Source: Sedimentisphaerales bacterium
GTDB taxonomy: Bacteria > Planctomycetota > Phycisphaerae > Sedimentisphaerales > Anaerobacaceae
NCBI GenBank assembly: GCA_963708075.1
Contig: OY970194.1
Location: 6,496,001-6,560,000, forward strand
Reading direction: 5' to 3'
Length of the DNA stretch: 64,000 bases
Of the stretch, positions 53,059-62,921 are shown one piece after another. Made by a program: the position numbers and the translations under genes. Below the pieces are notes generated by a model. It ran no database searches and was not told where the DNA came from. It saw only the letters and a list, made by a program, of their open reading frames with translations. How positions within the stretch are numbered: the first letter of the stretch is position 1; each line of letters opens with the position of its first letter.

Positions 53059-53313
53059 AGAATCCTCCACGAATGCACTGGTGTTTCTTAGGAATGATCT
53101 GTTTTCCGGGCCCCCCGATGGGTGCCCTCCGTTTCACAAAGTATAAGAAATAATTCCCGGTAGCAAAAGGGAGATCAACTCAATCCTGAGAGGTGCTGAA
53201 AGCGGCGTGCCTGTCCTTTTCAGGTCAGGTAATTCCCCGTCCTTTTCCATTCAGGTAATTCTGTAGGCACTTACTTTAGGTAAGGCGCGAATCGAGCATG
53301 GTGCATCCAAGGT

Positions 53314-53418
53314 TCACAGGTTCTCCGGTTTGGACGTTTTGCTCAGGTTGACGGATCGGGCGGAGATCATGAAGATACCGTCGCCGCGATAATGGAACGT
53401 CTCGGGGTACTTGGGGGA
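53314..53418 (-). pseudogene. Detached 3' end of a flavin-reductase gene (diverged copy of 58047-58151)
   Basis: Reads PKYPETFHYRGDGIFMISARSVNLSKTSKPENL*. Confidence 0.85.
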
Positions 53419-53944
53419 GGCTGCAATTCCGGGACCGGTGATCTTTGTACCCTGCGCCGTTTCAAGACAAGGCATTCCTTTTTTAAGAAAACAACTTGAC
53501 TGTCAGGATGAACGCCATATCATTGGGGAAGCGATGTTTTGAGGGTAAGTATCGGCGTCTGCTTCGGAACCTGCATGGGGTGAAATGGGGGGCCGGATTC
53601 AGACGGCCGGCGGATGAGACAAAGAAAGGGGGAAAGTGCGATGACAACATTCATTATGACGGGGAGATACTTCGGAGAGGTTGCAACGCGGACCTTGGGC
53701 GATATCGGTCACACCTGCACATTTCAGGTGATTGCGGGGGCAGCATACTCGATGTGAGACCAGGGTAAGAGGATATCACGGAATTAGATCCGATAAATGG
53801 CGTGTTGTGCGGTTGTCGGTTTCGAGCCAATGGCTAACTTCTCGTTTCCCGTTTGGCTGTCGGCGTAACCCTCCGTATACTTTGCAGAACAGTCGAAGTC
53901 TGCCGCACGATAATGCGGCGTTTCGGAATCCAGAAGGGGGGAAT

Positions 53945-55340
53945 ATGAAACACGCCCGAAGTCTCCGGTTCTCGGAACCGGCGCGGCTCAGCGCTGGTCC
54001 TATCGCTCATCTTCCTGGTCATGTTCTCTGCCTTGGCCGTCGCCTTGGCCACTTTCTCCGGCGCCAACGTCCAAATCGCAGAGAATTTCCACCGGGCCGA
54101 TATGACCCGCGGCTGCGCGGAGTCAGGCCTGGAAGTGGTCCGCTACTGGCTCAGCCAGGTGCAGATGTCCGGCAAGATCGACGACAGTCAACGATTCACC
54201 ACCCTGGCGGCCATGCTGCAGAGCAGGCTGACCGCGGCCGACGCCGCGAACATCCTCAATGGGCTGACCTGCACCGAGTCCACCATCACCCTGGTCGATG
54301 TTCCGCTCAATTCGAGCGGCGGCCAGAGTTTCTCCGCGATCCTGACCAGGATCGATGACGACAATGTCCAGTTGGAGGTGACCGGCAGTTATGGCTCACT
54401 CCAGCGGAAGATCCGGTCCATCTTCCAGTACCTCCCGCGGGCGGACAACGTATTTGATTATGGCGTGGCCTCGAGGGGTCCTCTATCGCTATCGGGCAAC
54501 ATCGAGCTCGACGGCATCAACATCGAAGTGGAGTCGAATGCGTACATCGAGTGTACACCACTGCTGGCTTTGGAGATCATCGGCAACTCCATGATTGCCG
54601 GGGACGTGAAGATCGCGAATCCTCTGGCCTACGTCCATCTGCAGGGCGGACAAGCCGGTGTTGGCGGCGTGACCGGCGAGGAGGCCATGGAACACATCCA
54701 AATCGGTGTGCCGCCGACCGAGTTTCCAGAGATGGACCCGGACGATTTCTTAGGCTATGCCACCAATGTCCTGAGCCCCGCGGTGGACTTGGCCGCCAAT
54801 GCCGCGTACGACAACCTGCGGATTCCGGCCAACCGGAACCCGAGTTTCTCCGGACAGACCACGCTCCGAGGGGTCGTCTACATCGAGGCTCCGAATGTCG
54901 TCACCTTTACGGGAGGGGTGAATATCACGGGCATAATTGTCACAGACGGGGATCCGAGTGACAATTCCGGCGCGAGCCAACTGTCGTTCACCGGCAACGT
55001 CATGGGCTATCCCGTGAGCCAGTTGCCCCAGGAGTCGCAGTTCGAGGGCCTTCATGAGAAGACCGGCACGTTCATCCTCGCGCCCGGCTTCCACCTGAGC
55101 TTCGGAGGCAGTTTCTCCATGCTGAGCGGGGCCATCGCGGGCAATGGCATCGAACTCCACGGCAATGCCGGCGGCACGATCAATGGCTCCATGATCAATT
55201 ACTCCTCCTCGCCGATGACGCTCAGCGGCAACTCTGATCTGTTCTTCAATCGGTCCGGGCTCGATGAAGTGCCGGCGGGTTTCGTACCCAGGATTGTTAT
55301 GGTATACGATCCATCGTCATACGTGGAACCCGTGCTCTGA
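53945..55340 (+). CDS. PilX-like N-terminal domain protein (+1 frameshift at 53967-53973)
   Basis: Removing one T gives MKHARSLRSRNRRGSALVLSLIFLVMF (class III signal), then AESGLE and a beta-helix-like body ending YDPSSYVE. Confidence 0.8.
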
Positions 55341-55365
55341 GTCCGTCCAAAGGATACGGAGTCAT

Positions 55366-57038
55366 CCATATAGGGTTCTTGGCAAGTAGAAAACACTCTC
55401 TTTGAACCGAAAACTCTCCCCCTATGAAACATCCGTATTTCGGTCTGCTTGTGTCTGCTGTTGTGCAGCGTGACACTAACCTATCGAAACGTCCGGGTTC
55501 CATCGCCCTTTTTCGCTCCTGCGAAGTTCGTTGGAGCAACGTGTCGAGTCCGCCGGCCGAAGGCAGGCGTCTCTTCCGTGCAGTCATCCATCCGGATCTG
55601 GACCTCAGTCCCTTGGGCCTCTCGGCACAAGGGCGGGCCCCATCCCGACCTCGTCGGGACCAGAACAACGTCAGTACCGCACCGGGTTCAATGGGTCGTC
55701 CATCACACGGGATGGACGGGACACACCTGGTGACTTGCCCCTCATGGGGGCATTCAACCCCGTCTGACTCCTGGCGCGGGCGAAAGAGATTTCAATGGAC
55801 TTGGATCATTTCTCCCGGCAAAAGGTCGAGGCGGCGGCCGTCCAATCACACCTGTGTGGTCTTAGCCAACCCCCAGTCCAAGATCGACCGCCGCACCGTT
55901 TCGCTCATCCGAACACCCGTTTCAGATCGAAGGCCTCCTGTCGCTGCATCATATAATAGGCCGCCTTACTCCACTTAGACGCCAACGCCTTCGTCGCCAG
56001 GGCCCCGTTGCGTTTGGACCGTTTCTTCTCGTAGAAACTCTTGGCCTTCGGACAGACTCGCAACGCATGGTGCACCGCCTCCACGAAGGCCCAGGCCAGA
56101 TAGGCGTTACCGTTCTTGCTGTTGTTCTCGTCCTTGTTCTTGCCGTTGGACGTGTGGGTCGCCCGGACACAGCGGCAGTAGGAGGTATAGTCCCCGACCG
56201 TCTCGAACCGCCCGATGTCCCCCGTCTCCAGCATGATCGTCAACGCCAGGATCACTCCCACCCCGGGCATCGTCAACAGGCATTCGTACGCCGGCTTGAG
56301 CTGCGCGTGCTCCAGGACCTTCTTCTCGAACCGCTTGATCTTCTTGCTGAACTGCTCGACCAGGTCCACCTGCTGCTCCGCCACGAACGTCAGACAGTCA
56401 TGGTCCCCCAGAAGCTCCGTACGCTCCGAAGCACTGAGCTTGCGAAAGGCACGCCACCCGACGCTTCGGCCGCTCTGACGCATCGCGAGGTTCTGAAGGC
56501 TCAGGACGATCCCCGTGCGCTGCTGCACCAGGAGCATCCGACGCCGCAAGAGGTCCCGCACCGGCCGGTCCTGACGCGGATAGATGTACCCGGTCGGCAG
56601 GACCTCCAGTCTCGCCAGGCGGGCCAGGAAGGCGGCGTCCGTCAGATCATCGGCGGCCTTGATCCCCTTGTATTGCTTCATCTCGCAAGGATGGGCGAGA
56701 ACGACAGGATAATGATGATCCATTAATCCGTCCACCAGCCAGTACCAGTTGTAGGTCGATTCGACGGCCACGACCTTGAGCCGCTCGCGGAAGGGCTCCA
56801 GCGACTCTAAGATCAGCGGCAACTCGTTCGGCAACCGTCTTCGCAACAGTGGCTTGTCCCGCCCGTCGGTGATAACATACATCGCATTGTTGGAATGAAG
56901 ATCGACGCCACAGAATAATGTCTTACGCATGTTCGGGCTCCTTTCCTTGAGCGTCAGCAATTCGTGTGCTGTCTCCCATCGGCAGCCTCCTGGTTTCCCA
57001 GTGTAGCTGCCTCAGGGAAGGAACCCTATATGCTTATC
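55366..57038 (-). mobile_element. Complete IS110-family element, IS1111-type
   Basis: Sub-terminal IRs CATATAGGGTTC (55367-55378) / GAACCCTATATG (57021-57032); long non-coding region downstream of the transposase. Confidence 0.85.
55905..56930 (-). CDS. IS110-family DEDD transposase/recombinase
   Basis: CGVDLH, VAVEST, DDLTDA, LLTMPGVG, TSNG, KNGNAYL; GAAAGGAG RBS. Confidence 0.95.
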   Translation of the reverse strand: MRKTLFCGVDLHSNNAMYVITDGRDKPLLRRRLPNELPLILESLEPFRERLKVVAVESTYNWYWLVDGLMDHHYPVVLAHPCEMKQYKGIKAADDLTDAAFLARLARLEVLPTGYIYPRQDRPVRDLLRRRMLLVQQRTGIVLSLQNLAMRQSGRSVGWRAFRKLSASERTELLGDHDCLTFVAEQQVDLVEQFSKKIKRFEKKVLEHAQLKPAYECLLTMPGVGVILALTIMLETGDIGRFETVGDYTSYCRCVRATHTSNGKNKDENNSKNGNAYLAWAFVEAVHHALRVCPKAKSFYEKKRSKRNGALATKALASKWSKAAYYMMQRQEAFDLKRVFG

Positions 57039-57211
57039 ACACCTGCACATCTCACGATTGGGGTGACGAGGTCTCAGGGGGTATCGTGACGATGGAGGCA
57101 AGAGGAGCGGCTGCTACTTCAACCTCCAGCGGGCGTCAGAGGTTCTGAGGCCTGCCCTCGGCCGGGCTCCGTTTGGCCCGCCGATAGGCATGGGCAACGA
57201 TGCGATCTGAG

Positions 57212-57896
57212 CTACAGCCGTGTCATTCCCGAGGAGGAGACCGACTTCACCGCACGGCCTGTCTCGCACAGCTTCCTGTTCAGTTGCTGGATTCGCCAGG
57301 GCCAGTTCCCGCTCCAGCCCTCGGATTGGGCCTGCCTGCACAACTCAATAGCCGGCTCGTAGGCTCCCTCCTGCTCCAGCATGGTGCTCGCCACCAGGTA
57401 GCCCAGATGGACCGGGAGCGAGTCGCCAGGGTGCGTTTGCCGCAGCGCTTTGGCGGCGTCTGGCGCCAAGCGGATCTGCTTGTGACAGGCGGCAAACGCC
57501 AGGTCCCGGGCGTCCGCGAACGCATCCTTCCACCGGCTTTGGAGGCGGATCATCTGATGATACACATAGTACAGTCCAAGCGTGTCGTTCTCCGCCGTTG
57601 CTCTCTGCTCGGCCTTCGCGAGGACTCTGGATGCCAGGCCCCTGTCCTGAGGCTTCTCACTGAGCCGATCCGCAAGGACCGTGAGCAGGTTCGCCGCCGT
57701 CTGGAAAGTCGTCCGTCCTCTGTCTCTCGTCAGAGGTTCTCGATTTGGCGGGCATAGCAGAGGTGCGGAAGGCGGCTTCCATGTACTGCTGCTCGGCGGC
57801 AGAGAACGAGGATATCCACCATCCTGTAAGGCCGAAGTATCCAAGTTCGCCCGTGGACTGAGAGCGTTTTGTAAAGATTCTACTGAGGATGTCCAT
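57212..57896 (-). CDS. Hypothetical helical/TPR-like protein (+1 frameshift at 57735-57741)
   Basis: MDILSRIF...GELGYFGLTGWW... joins ...AKSR-PLTRDRG...HLGY...AIELCRQAQSEGWSGNW when one base is removed. Confidence 0.7.
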
Positions 57897-58046
57897 GTCA
57901 GCTCTTGTCGGCCGCCTGATAAGATCCAAATAAAGCATAATAAGTCGGGCGCAGGAAGCCAAATTGCGCATCGAAAGGCCACGTGAGACTGGGGGACAGA
58001 TCGTGTTTTTATCGGATTCGGCGGCACAATGGCGCCGGACGTCGAG

Positions 58047-58616
58047 TCACAGGTTCTCCGGCTTGAATTTCCTGCTCAGGTTGATGGATCGGCCGGAGAT
58101 CATGAAGATGCCGTCGCCGCGGTAGTGGAACGTCTCGGGGTATTTGGGAGAGGTTGCCACGTGGGCCTTGACCACCTCCCAGATGAAAAGGTTGTGTGTC
58201 GAGATCAGCCGGCCCTCCGCCAGGCGGCATTCGAAGTTCGCGTAGCACTCCTCGATCAGGGGAGCGGCGACCTGGGCGGCGGGGACAGGCGTGAGGCCGA
58301 ACTCCTTGAACTTATCAACCTTGTCGCCCCGGCAGTTGCCTATGCCTACGGTCTCATTGATGAGGTCGGTGGTGGGGAGGTTGATCACGCATTCCCTGCT
58401 CCTGCGGATCATCTCGAAGCTGTGATTTTCGTCCCAGATGAAGCAGCCGAACAGGGCCGGGGAGAATCCCATCATCATGTGCCAGCCCATGGTCATGATG
58501 TTGGTCTTTCCCTTCCACGCCGAGCTGACGAGCACGATCGGCCCCGGCTCCAGGTACCGTCGGATCTCGGACAGCGGAAAATCTCTCTTCCTGAACGTCT
58601 TCATGGCTGATCCCAT
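58047..58616 (-). CDS. Flavin reductase-like (DIM6/NTAB, RutF family) protein
   Basis: LEPGPIVLVSS, NIMTMGW, ECVINLP, APLIEECYANFEC. Confidence 0.92.
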   Translation of the reverse strand: MGSAMKTFRKRDFPLSEIRRYLEPGPIVLVSSAWKGKTNIMTMGWHMMMGFSPALFGCFIWDENHSFEMIRRSRECVINLPTTDLINETVGIGNCRGDKVDKFKEFGLTPVPAAQVAAPLIEECYANFECRLAEGRLISTHNLFIWEVVKAHVATSPKYPETFHYRGDGIFMISGRSINLSRKFKPENL

Positions 58617-58819
58617 TCAAATTTGACTCTACGATGGTACCCTGCCGGTCCCCGGCTCCTGCATCAGACAGTTCCTTGGATCGCCGGAGAAATAAGCCCA
58701 TCTGTTTGAATTGATGATTGATGATTTACGATTGATGATTGGAATTGAACCTGCATTCCGCGGTGTTCCCAGGGGCCATCTCTTGATGGGGGCGACCTGC
58801 GTTTGCGGCGTTCAATGGA

Positions 58820-60517
58820 TCACGCGGCTTCGGGGGCGGGTTGTTGTGCGGGTTGCGGGGCCGGCTCGGTGCGTCGGCCGAGAGCGAGCAGGGCGGCCAA
58901 GATCACGAGGGTTGCGAGGGCAAAGGTCCAGCGGGGGGGCAGGCCGAGGGCGCTGGGGGTGTAGGCGCAGAGCAGGGCGACGGCGGCCACAAGGAGGCTG
59001 TAGGGCAACTGGGTGCGCGTATGCTGGATGAGGTCGCAGGAACTGGCGGAGGCGCTGAGGATCGTGGTGTCGGAGATGGGACTGCAATGGTCCCCGAAGA
59101 TGGCGCCATCGAGGACGGCGCCAAGGCTGATGATCGTGGTCAGGCCGTAGGTGTTGCCGTCGAGGGCGTAGGCGATGGGGATTGCTGTCGGGATCAGAAT
59201 CGCCATGGTGCCGTAGCTGGTCCCCGTGGCGAAGGAGATGACGCAGCCGACGAGGAACAAGAGCGGCGGGAAACAGTATGGGGGGAGCCGGTCGGCCAGC
59301 AGGCCGGCCAGGAATGGGCCTGTTCCCAGGCTCTCGCAGCAGTTCTTCAGGGACCATGCGAGGATCAGGATCAGGCAGGGCAGGATCGCCCGGCGGACAC
59401 CTCGATAGAAGCATCCGGGCACGAGCGAGGCTCGCAGCGAGCGGGTCAGGGCGCCGCACAGGAGGGCGATTGTCGCGCCAAACAAGGCGGCAGATACGAG
59501 GATCTGCTGGCTGTGCTTTGCAGCGCCGATCACGCCCTGCCAATACGTCGGGCTCAGCAGCGAGCCGACACCGGCGAGCTTGGCCGGTCCGCCGCCGTCG
59601 ATCCACAAGCCCGTCAGATGGAACAGGATCAGCCCGGCCAGCGGCAGCAGGGCGGTGATCGCTTTGCCGGGTCGGTCGGAGGTCGCGGCGACCTGCGGAT
59701 CGGCGTTTAGCGGTGCGTCGTTGCGGGCTTGTTCCTCGGCGACTCGCATGGGCCCGAAGTCCCGGCCCATGAGGATATGGGCGTACATGAACGCGAGCAT
59801 GAGATAACAATAGAATCGGTAGCTCAGGGCGTCGAAGAACATGGCGTAGCCGCTCTTGCCCAGTCCGAGTTGGTCGCTGACGCCGGCAAACAGCGAAGTC
59901 TCCACGATGATCCACGTACTGACGATAGCCAGCCCCGAGACCGGGGCGGAGGTGGCGTCCACAAGGAAGGCGAGCTTTGCCCGGCTGACGCGAAACCGGT
60001 CGGTGATCGGCTGCATCATGCTACCCACAATTATCGAGGACGCGTAATCGTCTATAAAGCAAAGCACGCCCATCGTCGCGGTGGCGAGCTGCGCCGATTT
60101 GCCGCTGCGGACTCGCTTCATGAGCCAGACGACGATGCCGCGGAACCCGCCGGCGGCGATGACGATCTCGACCATGGCGAACATCGGGGCGATGAAGGAA
60201 AGGGTGAGCAGGCTCCTTTTGTTCGTGGCCGTGGCGATGACGAGCGAGGCGGCGGATTGGACACCGGCTGCCCACGCCTCAAGGCTCGTCGGGGCCGCGG
60301 GAATCGAGGTCAGCAATCCGCCGGCGACGACCGCGGCGCCCAGACTGAGAAGGACGTTGCGGGTCAGGAAGGCCAGGACAATCGCGAGCAGGGGGGGCAC
60401 GATGCTGTACCACCGGGCCTGGGAATCGGCGCCGTTGCCGACCCACGCCGCCAGAGCGCACAGGGCCGCAAAGATCACCCCCGCCCCGATCTGCCTTGTG
60501 TAACGTCCTGCCTTCAA
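58820..60517 (-). CDS. Na+/H+ antiporter NhaC-family protein (start uncertain)
   Basis: FIDDY, SRAKLAFLVDATSAP, FATGTSYGT, GAIFGDHCSPISDTTILS. Confidence 0.93.
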   Translation of the reverse strand: MKAGRYTRQIGAGVIFAALCALAAWVGNGADSQARWYSIVPPLLAIVLAFLTRNVLLSLGAAVVAGGLLTSIPAAPTSLEAWAAGVQSAASLVIATATNKRSLLTLSFIAPMFAMVEIVIAAGGFRGIVVWLMKRVRSGKSAQLATATMGVLCFIDDYASSIIVGSMMQPITDRFRVSRAKLAFLVDATSAPVSGLAIVSTWIIVETSLFAGVSDQLGLGKSGYAMFFDALSYRFYCYLMLAFMYAHILMGRDFGPMRVAEEQARNDAPLNADPQVAATSDRPGKAITALLPLAGLILFHLTGLWIDGGGPAKLAGVGSLLSPTYWQGVIGAAKHSQQILVSAALFGATIALLCGALTRSLRASLVPGCFYRGVRRAILPCLILILAWSLKNCCESLGTGPFLAGLLADRLPPYCFPPLLFLVGCVISFATGTSYGTMAILIPTAIPIAYALDGNTYGLTTIISLGAVLDGAIFGDHCSPISDTTILSASASSCDLIQHTRTQLPYSLLVAAVALLCAYTPSALGLPPRWTFALATLVILAALLALGRRTEPAPQPAQQPAPEAA

Positions 60518-60662
60518 CCGCTTCTGATCGAAATCTGTGTTTCATCACATCGGCCGGACCCCGGAACGGCCACGCCGTACGGATTCTCCTGCAAACGGCG
60601 CGGAAAGCAAGCAGAAATACAGATTTGGGGCGCCGAAGTGTACGCCGGCCGGCCGCGATCAG

Positions 60663-60869
60663 TTACAGGGGGGCGGGATAGCAGAGGTGGCGGGCCTCAG
60701 CCGCCGTCCGACCACAATACTCGCACTTGAACTGCGGGTCTCGAACGATCGCCCGGAAGCACTGCGGCTCGTGAACATGATAGAACTGCTCGGCAAGCCA
60801 GCACAGGTGCTCGTGGTGCTGGTCCACGGCACATCGCTTCTTCCGCCGGAAAACTCCGCTGCTCGTCAT
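60663..60869 (-). CDS. Small Cys/His-rich protein
   Basis: HHEHLC...DPQFKCEYCGRTA....HLCYP; GAGG RBS. Confidence 0.65.
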   Translation of the reverse strand: MTSSGVFRRKKRCAVDQHHEHLCWLAEQFYHVHEPQCFRAIVRDPQFKCEYCGRTAAEARHLCYPAPL

Positions 60870-61045
60870 ATCTGACCTCTTCGTCGGGCCGTCCGGGTGT
60901 TCGACGGCAGCCCGTCAAAGGCCCCGGCCGCCTTGTCCCCGCATAGGCCCCATAGATCGTACGCCAGTCGGGCCTGCGAGAGGAAGGGGTATTTCCCTGA
61001 CAAGGCAATACGCGGATTCCCCGCACGTAAGTTGAAAATATACCA

Positions 61046-61198
61046 CTACCCCTTGCCGATTGGTGGGGACACGCGCGGCGGCTCGAAGCGATCGGCCATG
61101 CTCTGTTCTACGATCCACTTGGCGAGTTGACTGGGGTCTCGCGGTCGCTTCCCGCGTCCATCCGGCTTCTTCCTCTGTCTTCTCTTCTTCTCAGCCAT
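61046..61198 (-). CDS. Small basic protein, KRPRDP family (copy A, 50 aa; not in the ORF track)
   Basis: MAEKKRRQRKKPDGRGKRPRDPSQLAKWIVEQS...; paralog of 62670-62834. Confidence 0.65.
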   Translation of the reverse strand: MAEKKRRQRKKPDGRGKRPRDPSQLAKWIVEQSMADRFEPPRVSPPIGKG

Positions 61199-61248
61199 AT
61201 TCCCATTGTGCCATGCGGGCGCATCAGTGCACGAAGATCATCGCCTTC

Positions 61249-62045
61249 TCATGCCGGTGGCGGGAGTTCAAACGGCTTCACGCCTTTGGGTAGTTTCTTC
61301 TCTTCAGACTGTAACCTGCGTTCAACCTTTTTCACATCCTCGGCAGGAGGCAGACTCTCCGGGAGAATGCCTCGACCCCTCAAGAGCTTGCGTATCTCCT
61401 CATTGTTCTTAACGTGCTCAAAAGTGATATGGCCCTCAGTCCCCAGGTTCTGCTGTTTGATATTGTAGTTCGTGATCTCGTTTGCAAAATCCTTGGCCTT
61501 GATGGTGATGGTTGGCAGAAAGTCCGCCAACGGCCTGTTGTCAGGGACGCCAAGCCTATCCTTCATCTGCCTGGTTGTCTGTCCCCCAAAGAGGGCCGTG
61601 TCTCCCTTGCTCCTGATTCTGCCAAAGCTATCTTCGTCCCGCAACCGTTCAAAGATTATGCCAGACAACTCCTTCTCCGATTGAGTCAGCTTTCGTCTGG
61701 CGCTGATTCGCTCGGCCTCGGCCAGCCGCTTTTCTATGACTTCCTGCTTGCGGGTCTGTACGGCGAAATATGTCTGGGCGAAAGCGATTTGATCCTTGGC
61801 CGGATCTCCGTTCTGAGCTATGAGATAGCAGGCATATCGCGTCAAGGCGATATCATCAATGGGTCGCTGTGCCCCAGAACCGACACTGACCATTTTCCTG
61901 ATACCAAGAAAATGGTCCTTGGGGTCATAACCTGAGTTATTACAAGCAGTTATGGCCTTATCGACTACCTTTGCGAAGTTCTCCCACTTCGCGTAGCCGA
62001 GAAGCTCCTGAAGGTCGCGTGCACACCAGAACTCGGTGTCACTGT
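61249..62045 (-). CDS. dinD: DNA damage-inducible protein D (Bro-N domain), apparently 5'-truncated
   Basis: EFWCARDLQELLGY..WENF, LTRYACYLIAQNGD, AQTYFAVQTRKQE, SKGDTALFGG, LADFLPT. No clean native N-terminus. Confidence 0.85.
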
Positions 62046-62725
62046 CAGGGAACCCCCTCACTAAGGACGGCATTACATCAGGCTCACTTATCGAATTTGA
62101 TGTCCCTGGCGCCAAAGAAGCCTTCGGGTATGAGGCAACGCTCCTCATTGAGATTTGCGACAAATATGTTCAGGCAGACGAAGAGGGCTTGTTGCGTGAC
62201 AGCCAGAAGAAGCTCGCAAAGCAGGCGTTTGCCATCCTAAGAGCCTGTGCCAAGGTCGGCATCATTGCATTGATTGATGAGGCCACTGGCTATCAGCAAT
62301 ACCGAGCCAAGAATGCCCTTCAGTTGAAGATACAGGCATTCATAGCGGACGAGATACAGGAATGGGCCCGGATGTTCCCGGGAGAATTCTGGTTAGAATT
62401 GGCTCGCCTGGAATCGGTAAGGTACTCCCCGCGAAACAGGCCACTCCGTTGGGGCCGGTATGTAATGATGTTCGTGTATGACGCCGTAGACCCCGATGTC
62501 GGCAAGGCCCTTAGGGAACGAAACCCCGATCCGCACTTCATGCAGAATCACCATCAGTGGCTTAAAGTGCATGGCAAGCAGAAGGTGAACGACCAGATAC
62601 AGCGAGTGATTGCTGTTATGAAGTTATGTCACGACATGGATGACTTCAAGAGGAAGTTTGCCCACGTTTTCAAGAAGACTCCCCTTCAGATGACTTTTGC
62701 CGACATTGATTGGGTTGCGAAGTAG
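62036..62725 (+). CDS. P63C-domain protein, apparently 5'-truncated
   Basis: GYEATLLIEIC, AKVGIIALIDEATGYQ, FPGEFW, HHQWL. Confidence 0.85.
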   Translation: MSLSGNPLTKDGITSGSLIEFDVPGAKEAFGYEATLLIEICDKYVQADEEGLLRDSQKKLAKQAFAILRACAKVGIIALIDEATGYQQYRAKNALQLKIQAFIADEIQEWARMFPGEFWLELARLESVRYSPRNRPLRWGRYVMMFVYDAVDPDVGKALRERNPDPHFMQNHHQWLKVHGKQKVNDQIQRVIAVMKLCHDMDDFKRKFAHVFKKTPLQMTFADIDWVAK

Positions 62726-62834
62726 GATTGGACGTACTCTGATCCACGATCCACTTGGCAAGCTCGTTAGGATCACGCGGACGCTTCCCGCGTCCGTCCG
62801 GCTTCTTCACTGGTTTTTTCTTCTTGTCGGCCAT
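62670..62834 (-). CDS. Small basic protein, KRPRDP family (copy B, 54 aa; not in the ORF track)
   Basis: MADKKKKPVKKPDGRGKRPRDPNELAKWIVDQS.... Confidence 0.65.
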   Translation of the reverse strand: MADKKKKPVKKPDGRGKRPRDPNELAKWIVDQSTSNPTSQPNQCRQKSSEGESS

Positions 62835-62921
62835 GTCAATATTGTATCATATAGGTCGTTGGATGCAATGGTGCTACGGAGGCAAGTTTCAACATTACCT
62901 GATGAGAAACGCTGTGTTCAT

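Noticed and set aside
10517..57741. Programmed ribosomal frameshifting or genuine pseudogenes at GAGAACC
   Set aside because: The lesion occurs in both orientations in unrelated genes with no other decay; a motif-linked sequencing error is more parsimonious.
62046..62163. N-terminal extension of DinD given by the ORF track
   Set aside because: It is the antisense of the P63C coding sequence and does not resemble DinD.
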